From Zygophlyctis sp. KS116 (taxonomy: Eukaryota; Fungi; Chytridiomycota), in the NCBI GenBank assembly GCA_054661495.1, contig BAAFSQ010000012.1, positions 54,185 through 86,184 on the forward strand: a stretch of 32,000 nt of DNA, read 5' to 3'. This document shows, in pieces, positions 21,520 to 31,362 of this stretch (its first letter is position 1; the number at the start of each line of letters is the position of its first letter). The notes under the pieces are model-generated. The model saw only the letters and a list, made by a program, of their open reading frames with translations. It searched no databases and was not told the DNA's origin. The translations under genes and the position numbers were made by a program.

Positions 21520-23529
21520 TTACTTTTTCGCTAGACTTAATACACTCCCAGTCACTACATTGTAATATGCTAGAGTCATTGCATTCCGCATTGCTGTTCC
21601 CGATGATGTTAACAGTTTCAATTTTGAAGCTGCAATTCCTACTTGTGACGCGATCTTATCCTTTATAGAATTAACAGTAGATGTAAGAGCAAGGCCGTCA
21701 AGAGTTATAAAACTGCCGTCTAGGGTCCTAATTTGAATATTTAATGGCCCACTATATTTGGATAAGAAATCGGATTCCCACAAGAGTCCTTCTGGAGGTG
21801 GTTCATCTTGTTTTTGTTTCTTTAGAGGAGGTGCAATAGATCCGCCATTTTGACTTGAAGGAGGCGGAGCAACTGGTTTAGGCGGAGGAGGTATATTTAC
21901 TGGGAGAGAAGGATGACGGATACTTCCAGGAAGAGGAGGTATAGTAGGAATCTTGGGTATTGGGGGCTAATAGATTATTTCTAAGAAAAAATTACAATTT
22001 TCATACTTCCTGGTAGAGATGGGATTTGAGGTCCAATGATTTTTCCTGGAGCACTTTCAATATTTGACTGGGCCTTTTTAATAGCTTTTGGTGCAGATGA
22101 TGCATTTCCATCCCATGTAGTCTTTGATTTTTCAGCGGATATTTTCTTTTCTTGTTCGATTAATTTTTTTGAGTCTTCAGAGACTTCTGATCCAAAAATG
22201 TCTGAACGATAGTCTGATAAACGTGATAGGTTTTTAGAGACATTTTCTGTTCCTAAAACTAAATTTGAATCTTTAATTCTAGATTCATAAATAGCCTTTT
22301 GTTGTCTCCATTTTGGATCTAATAGTTCAATTCGAACATGATCTTCCATTTCTGACACTTTAACTGCGATTCCACATCTAGGACAAATCTGCGTAGGCTC
22401 TGCAACACCAATTTTTCCAACTTGAAATAAAATTTAGAAAAAATACCTTTAGATACATAATCAGTTCTAATTTTTTTAGTTGTAGACACAATCTCTTCTC
22501 TAGGCTCAGATTCTGGAACTGGAACGGGGATTTCTGGAACTTTGGGAGGAGGACCTTTAGGAGGAGCTGCTTTAGATGGAACTTGCCCATCAATTTCCTA
22601 GATATTAATTAAATTTAAATTAATATACCATCTTGTCATGTACAGCATCAATTTCATCAAATATTCTTTCAGCTTGTTTCTGTAGAATATTAAGATTTTC
22701 CAAAGATTTAATTGTCATTGGTGAGGGTAAATTAGACTCTGAGTCTGCAACTGTAAATTCAATAGTCTCAACAACAACAAAATCATGCCAATCTATACTT
22801 GCAAATGCGGCTTTCTCATTAAATCTGTAAATATTTACCTTTTTCCACTTCTACTTTTTCCTTTTCCATTCGAGCCGTTTCTTCCTTGTGTCTTTGATAA
22901 GCTACTTGACTATAAATATCTTCCAAAGCATTATATTTACTCTCCATAAATCTTTCTAGATCCTTTATCACATCATTCTTTGGATTCAAGACTTTTGCAT
23001 ACATTTCAACTAATCGCGTAAAATGACTAAATAGTGCATGATTAGATTTCAAAAAATCAAACTGAAAATTCCTTGCCTCCTTTTTAGATAGAGTATTCAT
23101 AAAATTCCGTCCATTTCTAGCTACAAATAATGCAGTCAATTTTATCAATTCATAATCACTGACAGGGATCGGTGGTGTATCTATTAGAAAATTCAACGGT
23201 TTTGGTTCTTTTGGAGGCGGTTTGACTATCGGTGCAGGTGCCACCGGAGTACTGGCCACAGTTTTCTTCGATTGAACATCAGCTTAGATTTAATAAAACA
23301 ATAAATTACCTGTTCCTTCTTTAAATTCCTTGACTCTTTTATCATAGTATGCTCTGTATGGATCATTTCCATTTAAAAATGAGAATTTATTATTCATCTT
23401 CTCGTTCTCCTTGATCCTTTCCTCAAACGACGGTCCATTTCTAGCTACAAAGTGAGCAGTCTTGTCCAAGATCTTTCTGATCTCTGGCGGGGGAATAACG
23501 ATTAAGGGATCTTGTTGCTCTGAACTCAT
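21520..23529 (-). CDS. SF3A1: Splicing factor 3A subunit 1 (Prp21)
   Basis: Two SURP domains (IPPPEIRKILDKTAHFVARNG; IKLTALFVARNG), IDWHDFVVVETI, HVRIELLDPKW, a Pro-rich linker and a C-terminal ubiquitin-like domain. Confidence 0.96.
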
Positions 23530-23635
23530 TTTCTGTTTGTTCCTCCACACTCTGGCCCTGCCAAACACCCATTCGCTTGATGCCATCCCACCATTCCAAC
23601 ACTCTCAAAATCTACAAATGAAATCTTAAATCTTT

Positions 23636-26144
23636 TTATGAATCATAAAACATTCGCCAAAATTCATAGTCATGCTGATAGTCAAAATCAGCATTTTCAC
23701 CCAATGGAATTAAAGGCTCGATGCTAAATGATTTGCATCGTTTAAGCAGATTGTCCAGGGTCTTGACTGCTTTTGGATTTTTGAATGGAGAGATAGTCTC
23801 TTGACATTCCTTGAGCCAATGTAATACAGATGGAAACAACATATCGCCAGGTGTCATTATTGATTTATCTAGAATTCTCTGATATTAATAAATTAAAATT
23901 ACATCTAAGATAATCAAAATTTTAAGAATAGCAGCTTCAGAAGAGGCTGAAGACATGAATTCCTACATGATCAAATCACAAGGCTTACTTTAAGGCAGGA
24001 AATCGTTTCAAAGGCAACTTTTTTTTCCAATCGACACGAGTGAAATAGTCTTTCAAGCGTATCAAAAGAAAATTCAGAGCTTTCCTTGGCCAATGATGAA
24101 ATACATTCAGTTAAAGCTTCACTGGTTTCGATCCAAGGATTAGATTCTTTCGAAAGATTTTGAAGTGCTGTTTGTCTATCACGGGTTTTAATATTAAAAG
24201 CAATGTGAGAAATGTAATCTCCAAGAGGAGTTGGGGGGACTCCACTAATTTCAGAGATACAATTTGCAATCGTATTCGCTTCAGCGGCAGTAAAGGGAAA
24301 GAATTTGTAAACTTCTGATGATGTCTCAATTATAATCGCCTGATTGCCTCCAGAAGGCATTTTCTTTGGTTTTGCGAAACTTGCTTTGGATCTTCTTCTT
24401 ATAAGTGAAGATACAGTAGACTTTCTTCTTGAAATCGGCACTTCTTCTGGTTCTTCCTCTGAAATATCAAGAGAACTACTTCCCAATGCAGCTTGGAGAT
24501 TACATTTCTCACATTGCTTTTAATATTAAAACCAATGTGAGAAATGTAATCTCCAAGAGGAGTTGGGGGGACTCCACTAATTTCAGAGATACAATTTGCA
24601 ATCGTATTCGCTTCAGCGGCAGTAAAGGGAAAGAATTTGTAAACTTCTGATGATGTCTCAATTATAATCGCCTGATTGCCTCCAGAAGGCATTTTCTTTG
24701 GTTTTGCGAAACTTGCTTTGGATCTTCTTCTTATAAGTGAAGATACAGTAGACTTTCTTCTTGAAATCGGCACTTCTTCTGGTTCTTCCTCTGAAATATC
24801 AAGAGAACTACTTCCCAATGCAGCTTGGCAAATTAATTTGACATCAGAATGATCAATCTTTAAAGCAAGTGATAAGCTAGATGGATCATAGTCAAAGGCT
24901 GTATTTGTGATTGGTCTTCCCATGAAAAACATTTCATGTTTAGTAATAATGAATCGTCCCGGGTTTGGCGAGATAAAAATTGGCTAAGTCATGAAATTTA
25001 AGTGTTTTTACCGCTTGTGCTGTTTTATCATCCTCATCATTGACAAGCCTCTCTAAAATTGGGTCTACTTGAAATAGAATCGCGTCTATTGAAACTAAAA
25101 GATCCGCATTTGAATAGGGCACAGATCTTAAATCTAAGCTTTCATTTGAATCAGTCTATTGAATCAATTAAAATAAAAAATTACCACTTTAGACTGATTT
25201 GGCAACATAGCATTGTTATTCATAGCAGCATGTTTCTTTAGATTTAGCAGCTCAAAAATATATGGTGGTTTTTTCTCAGAGTACGCTATTGGTGGCATAT
25301 CTAAACTTTGAGAACATAATTTTTCCAAAACTACAATAAATCAAGAAAATATTTACATGAAGCCAATTCAAGCTTAAGTTCTCTGGCTGCATCTAATACT
25401 CCAGAAAAAGGATCATCATCTTGCTCATCCAGAATTCGTAAACAGACCTCTAGCAACCCCGAAGCACAAGATACTGAAGGACTGTTCTTTTTCAGAGCTC
25501 CTTTGGGTTACTAGTAGCACCATACCTTCTACAAAGTGAAGAATCCATTCAATTTTTTTCTTTAAAGCTTTCAACCCAACATCTTCTAATAAATTATTGT
25601 CTGGTTGATTTCTAATCCAAATAACTCTATTAAATAAATGATCCAAGGTATTGGAAATTATAGAATACACATCACTTCTCGACCTAATGTTATTTAAAAC
25701 TGTTGAAATATGATTGACAACAACAGAATCTGGTGTTTCAAAAGGCATTTCAAGTATACACTTGAATTTAAATATTTAAAAAATACCTCCCAACTCCCTA
25801 TAAAATATTCAAGTTGAGAAAGATCAGTTTCTGAATCCATAATCATTTTTCCTTCATATTCTCTTAACCAAACAGAAATATCAACCATCATTGTGAAAAT
25901 CAATTCATTCAGTGGTTCCATTCCTAGACAGGTTATTATTATTTTCTGAACTTGATCTAAATTTTGGGGTTTTGGAATCAGCTTTTTTAAATCTTGAAGA
26001 ATTCTATCATTTTACATACCATGCTTACGATTTCAAACAATGAAAAACATAAATCCTAACATATAAATTCCACGGTCCATTTGCAGGCGATTCCGAGTAA
26101 GAAATCTTGAACCATTTCAACGCCTCTGGAAAATCATGCTCCAT
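23636..26144 (-). CDS. Large helical orphan protein with a possible PH-like domain; frameshifted in this sequence by an internal duplication
   Basis: Multi-exon frame from MEHDFPEALKWF... to ...EFWRMFYDS*. The PH-like end reads AIIIETSSEVYKFFPFTAAEANTIANCI. The duplication adds 332 nt, which is not a multiple of 3. Confidence 0.55.
24201..24828. repeat. Exact 296-bp direct duplication (24201-24496 and 24533-24828) with an inverted spacer
   Basis: The two copies read identically by eye, and the ORF track shows the same peptide twice in different frames. Confidence 0.95.
24492..24557. repeat. 66-bp near-perfect palindrome at the duplication junction
   Basis: CTTGGAGATTACATTTCTCACATTG-C-TTTTAATATTAAAA-C-CAATGTGAGAAATGTAATCTCCAAG, with one C/C mismatch. 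Confidence 0.95.
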
Positions 26145-26151
26145 AGCCTTA

Positions 26152-26759
26152 TCAAGCCCATCCAATTGAAATGATTGCAACAACTTAACAATTAAATATT
26201 TTTTAAAGTTACCCTTCCAAAAGCCAAATAAGCAGACTGAAAAACTTTTCCATCCTGCATTGCATCTCCTACTAAACCATTCTTCTTTCCTGCTGATTGC
26301 CCTTGATTTAAAATAAAATCAGTTTACCCTTTATAAATGACATTCCTCTCCTTCCAACCTTTTTGACCGACTCTGGTTGCCTCACCGAATCTTTAAAGGG
26401 CATTTTAACTGATTCTAAAACATGATTCTGTTCTAATAAAACATGATGATTTGATTCATTCTCTTGAACTGGTTCCATTCCATCATTTTTTAGTTCTTGT
26501 CCACCAGCCTCTGATGCGGCGTCAACACAATGCTCATAAGCAACATGTTCTAATGCATGATGTTCTGATATAGAATCAAATAAAATCAACTCTGCAGCCT
26601 GTGTTTCGGGTGATGGAGGGTGTTGTTCAAGTGGTTCAAGTGGTGGTTCTGGTTTTAAGTCAGTCGGTTCTAAAATGCTATCATTTAGACTAGAAACGTC
26701 ATCAACTATAATTTTCTATTATTATTAGAATGCAAATATATTACAGCGTCAATGTCCAT
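26152..26759 (-). CDS. Acidic low-complexity protein with a C-terminal hydrophobic segment (candidate tail-anchored protein)
   Basis: MDIDA|KIIVDDV...E/H/P-rich...GMSFIK|GQSAGKK...VFSLLIWLLE|VVAIISIGWA*, using three GT-AG introns. Confidence 0.55.
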
Positions 26760-26816
26760 TACTTTTCCACGTGACGACTTGCTGATCGCAGAACGCGCCG
26801 CTTGATAAGAATTTGA

Positions 26817-27221
26817 ATGGGCCCAATCTATAAACACTTTCTTGACTCTGAATCAACTCAATCGACAACTAGAATTTTCACTTGCTCTGAATGCAAAACA
26901 CATTTCTCAACATTTGATTCCATAATTTCAAAAGCTTTCCAAGGACAATATGGAAGAGCTTATCTGTTCAATAATGTGGTAAATGTCTTTACAGGGGATC
27001 CTGTCGGTAAAGATTTTTCATTAAGTTATAGATCGTCAGATGACTACTGGTTTGCATACTGTCAGAGACTTGTATTGTATTGCTTGTCAGTGTATGTTTT
27101 AATTATTCTTACTATAGCAAATGTTGGATGGAAATATGATCGAGCGTATGAAGAATCTCAAAGATATAAAGAAGGGAAATTTATACTTGAGAAGCAACTA
27201 ATCAATGAAAATACTAGTTAG
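26817..27221 (+). CDS. YPEL: Yippee-like zinc-binding protein (YPEL/Moh1)
   Basis: C..C.TH...IISKAFQGQYGRAYLF; removing introns 27007-27031 and 27092-27117 restores RQMTTGLHTVRDLYCIACQ...VGWKY...SQRYKEGKFILE. Confidence 0.95.
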   Translation: MGPIYKHFLDSESTQSTTRIFTCSECKTHFSTFDSIISKAFQGQYGRAYLFNNVVNVFTGDPVGKDFSLSYRSSDDYWFAYCQRLVLYCLSVYVLIILTIANVGWKYDRAYEESQRYKEGKFILEKQLINENTS

Positions 27222-27226
27222 TTGCA

Positions 27227-27952
27227 TCATTTAAAATAATTATATTCTGTTATCCACTTGTAATCAAAACTTTGAGGTTCAGTATGAAACTTTTTGATAA
27301 TTTCCAATGTAGATTCTTTACCTGTATAATACCAATATTGAATTTGATAAACTAAATATTGTGCATCAATCAGATTAAGAGATTCATTCAATATATCCGC
27401 CTTTAGTAAAACAAGATCTTTATCTAAAAGATCAGTATAAAAATGTAATTCTAGTAGAGGTTTTGAGTGAGACCCATACTTTTGATATTCTTCCAATTGA
27501 GTAACATAAATTGAATCATTTGAGAATTCCATAAAGTAAAACTGACATGATTCATCTATTGGCTTTGATATTAGAAATGTAGGATATTTCCTTAGCTTTA
27601 ACACTTTTTCTGTCCATGTTTTACTAGATAAAGAAGCAGAGAGGGATTTTTTAGATGTTGATAAATGTGAATTCCAAATTTCGCTTATAGATTTTGAATC
27701 TAGACTCTTGATTTTTTCCATATTTAGAATCTGATCTAGATGCAATCTTCCACTTTTAACTGGAAAATTAGATTTTGGAATTTCTAGTTTTTTAGAATCA
27801 GTCAATGGCTGAGTTGGATGTTTGATTGACTCAAGTTTACTGATCGCACTGGCCTGTACCATAGCTTCAACGCTTTCAAATCCCTTTGCTTTTGCTGCTA
27901 AAGTCAATTTATCCGAATACTTTTGTATGAATCCAGAGATGAACCGTTTCAT
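27227..27952 (-). CDS. ATP11: Mitochondrial F1-ATPase assembly chaperone Atp11
   Basis: KYSDKL..AAK..G, LDQILNMEKI...ISEIW, YPTF, TQLEEY, LHFYTDL..KDLVL, AQYLVYQIQYWY and P..FDY. Confidence 0.88.
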   Translation of the reverse strand: MKRFISGFIQKYSDKLTLAAKAKGFESVEAMVQASAISKLESIKHPTQPLTDSKKLEIPKSNFPVKSGRLHLDQILNMEKIKSLDSKSISEIWNSHLSTSKKSLSASLSSKTWTEKVLKLRKYPTFLISKPIDESCQFYFMEFSNDSIYVTQLEEYQKYGSHSKPLLELHFYTDLLDKDLVLLKADILNESLNLIDAQYLVYQIQYWYYTGKESTLEIIKKFHTEPQSFDYKWITEYNYFK

Positions 27953-27976
27953 TTTAGGACAAGATCAAGGAGTTTA

Positions 27977-29395
27977 ATGTACCGTCGTCCGTTGGTCACT
28001 GTTGGTGTAGCATCTGCTGCTGCACTTTGGTACAAGAATTCTGATCTTCCAGGGACAGCGCTGACTTCCGGACAAGTTAGTCAAGTCTTGGGAAGGAATT
28101 GTACAACGTTTAAAGGTCCAAAAGACTCTTTAATAAGTCATGCACATTTCAATGCGGTACAGTCAAACGATCCAATAGAAGATACACATTCAGAGTCTTA
28201 TTTTAAGTATGGATCTATTGTTGGTGTTTATGATGGTCATTCTGGGACAGAGTGTTCTGCAATCCTAGAAACATACTTATCTGCGTATGTTGCAAAGGAA
28301 ATATCTGATATTTCTGATAAAAGTTCAATAGATGAACGGAAAAAAAATGTTTCTTCTGCAATTGAAAGAGCGTTTACGAGATTAGATAATGATTTACTAG
28401 AAGGGCGGATTTTGACATTGGATATGCCAAAGTCGTGGTTTTCTTGGTGGTCATCATCAAATGTTGATAGTTCTCTAATCTTGAAGAATTTAAGAAATGC
28501 AATGTATACTTTTTTCTCTTTAACAATAATAGGGCGGGATCCTGTGCAATATTGGCTTATTTAGAAGGTTCACAATTATATATTGCTTGTACTGGAGATT
28601 CAAGAGCAGTTTTAGGGAGAAGAAGAATGGATGGGACTTTTTATGCTCTTGAACTTTCTGCGGATCAAACTACAAAGAATCCTCAAGAATATAGTCGTTT
28701 ACTTGAAGGTATTAATTTTTATTGAAACTATCACAACTCTCGCATGTATATATTTATGTAAATAGAACATCCAGGAGAAGAAAAGACTGTAGTTCAAAGA
28801 GGAAGAGTATTGGGTGGTTTGATGCCAACAAGAGCTTTTGGTAAGTATATTTTGTATTCCTTACTTTATAGGTGATGCACGGTACAAGTGGCCAAAAAGT
28901 ATTCAATGGGTCTTGTCTGAATATGGTTGTAGAAAACCGTCCCCAAATTTGGTCACACCTCCATATGTTACTGCATGTCCTGTAGTAACAACTGTAGAGA
29001 TTAATCCAGAGAATGATTCTTTTTTAATTTTGGCAACTGATGGGCTTTGGGACGAGATATCATCAGAATCTGCTGTGGATTTAGTGGCTAAATATAAGAA
29101 TGAAACTCACACAGCTACTGAACTGATTCAAGAGGCCTTATCTAAAGGTGATGAATTTAGACTGGCCAGAATTCTTGGAATACCAGATGGATTGTCTCGT
29201 AGATACAGAGATGACATTACCGTTAATGTTTTATTCTTTGGAGATTCAAAACCAATAGAATCAAACCCTATTTATGGAGATGTTATTAAGGATTTCAAAA
29301 CTGTAGATTTAAAAAAGGCTGACGTTAAAAAAGAACATTTGTCTATTTGGATTCAAAATCTGAAAGATAATTTGAAGCAGAATGCTAAACTCTAA
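27977..29395 (+). CDS. PTC5: PP2C-family phosphatase, pyruvate dehydrogenase phosphatase / Ptc5 type
   Basis: SNDPIED, GVYDGHSG, AGSCA, TGDSRAVLG, EHPGE...GRVLGGLMPTRAFGDARYKW, TPPYVTA.P, FLILATDGLWD and RRYRDDITV. Three introns. Ends in -AKL*. Confidence 0.92.
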
Positions 29396-29408
29396 TAAAA
29401 ATCATCAA

Positions 29409-31225
29409 TCACCAATCTGTAGTACAACCTAAAGAGGCTGAGTTCACATTTTTAATGAATTTGAATAATGTCCCGCTTGTTGCCTTGTAAGGAGGGGCAA
29501 TCCATTCCATTCTCCTTTTTTCTAATTCTTCCGGAGAAATATCAGCCTGTATTACTCGTTTATTTACGTCAATAGTGATTTTATCACCGTTCTTTAACAA
29601 AGCGATTGGACCGCCTTCTTGTGCTTCAGGAGATATATGACCTATTATAAACCCCTAAGTGTTAACTAAAACCCGTACATGAGATCCTCCAGAAAACCGC
29701 CCATCTGTTAGCAGTGCAACATCATTTCCCAGTCCTGCGCCCATTATAGCACTTGTAGGAGTGAGCATTTCTGGCATTCCAGGACCTAAAAGGTATTATT
29801 AAGACTAAAAACATACCCCCTTTTGGACCTTCATAACGGATCACCACCACATCCCCTTTCACAATTTCATTTTGTTTTAAGGATTCTAACATATCCTCTT
29901 CTGAGTCATAAACCTTAGCGGTCCCAGAAAAATATAATCCTTCTTTACCTGTTATTTTTGCTACTGATCCTTCTGGTGCGACGTTTCCATATAAAATTTG
30001 AATATGACCGCTGCTTTTAATAGGTGATTCCAAAGTCTTGATTATATCCTGACCAGGAGACAGCGAGGGGACGTCTTTGAGGTTGTCACGAATACTTTTT
30101 CCTGTGACAGTTATACAATCACCATCCAGTAAACCTTTTTCTAGAAGATATTTCATTATTGCAGGAGTTCCGCCAATTCTTGCCAAATCCTCCATGACGT
30201 ATTTACCAGACTTTTTCGGTTAGAATGAACTTTCTTACTGGCTTAAGATCACCAATAAAAGGAACAACATCACTGACCTTTTGAAAATCTTCTAAAGTCA
30301 ATTTCAAGCCAACAGATTGAGCCATTGCAATTAAATGCAAAACCACATTCGTGGATCCTCCAAGGGCCATGTTGACAACAATTGCATTTTCGAAAGCCTG
30401 CATTGTCATAATGTCTCTAGGTTTTAAATCCAATTCTAAAAGATTTTTTATCGCCTTTCCTGAATCTACAGATTATCAGTAATAAAAATAAGCATTAAGC
30501 CAGAATCAATTAAATATATTACCTAAGCATTCCTGAATTTTCTTGGGATCATTTGCTGGTGTGGATGAAGAATAAGGAAGGGACATTCCTAATGCTTCAA
30601 TGCTGGTCGCCATAGAGTTCGCCGTATACATTCCTCCACATGCACCTGCTCCTGGACATGCATGTTTTATTATATCTACCCTCTTCTCTTCACTAATCTG
30701 CCCAGTTATATATTGCCCATAACTCTGAAATGCGTCCACAATATCCAATGGTTTATTATCGATGCAAGATCTGCCCGCTCTAATGGTTCCGCCATAAATC
30801 ATTAAAGATGGTCTATTTACTCTACCCATAGCCATGACAACACCTGGCATATTTTTATCACAGCCCGGCAATGAAATATTGGCATCATACCATTGAGCAC
30901 GCATAACTGTTTCTATAGAGTCTGCAATGATCTCCCGGGACTGCAGAGAATATGACATGCCTTCAGTCCCCATACTAATTCCATCAGATACTCCAATCGT
31001 ATTAAATCTGTATCCGATCATATCAGCCTGAATTACACCTTTTTTAACATGATCTGCCAATGCAAGCAGGTGCATATTACAAGGATTTCCCTCATACCAA
31101 ACGGAGCTGATGCCTACAAAAGGCTTGTTCAGATCTTCTATTCCAGTAGCATAAAGCATTGCCTGAGAGGCTCCCTGAGATTTTGGGACAGTGATTCTTG
31201 ATGATATCTTATTCAATCGCTTCAT
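29409..31225 (-). CDS. ILV3: Dihydroxy-acid dehydratase
   Basis: [68 protein letters not shown] and [10 protein letters not shown]. Four introns. A possible upstream start at 31334 would need a 22-nt intron. Confidence 0.97.
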
Positions 31226-31362
31226 ATTCTCAACCCAACCTAGAACCTCAGTTGTGGACCTAAAGAAGTCAATAAGCCGGCTGCTGGGAATCAACGGCTG
31301 TTCTTAATCAAAATTTAACGTTTATTCTGGTCATGAAAAATAAGACTCTATCGTTGATTTGT

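Noticed and set aside
23530-23635. GC-richer stretch upstream of SF3A1 as a possible ncRNA or N-terminal extension (MASSEWVFG...)
   Set aside because: No tRNA, snRNA or snoRNA motifs or convincing stem were found. SF3A1 homology begins after the ATG at 23529.
24492-24557. Palindrome as a MITE or terminator hairpin
   Set aside because: Both arms derive from the local coding sequence and there is no target-site duplication. Template switching explains it better.
25694-25921. Cullin-like motif (YFIGSWEVFFKYLN)
   Set aside because: The resemblance runs into an intron (GTATTTTTT...TTCAAG). The spliced sequence reads WECILEMPF and loses the similarity.
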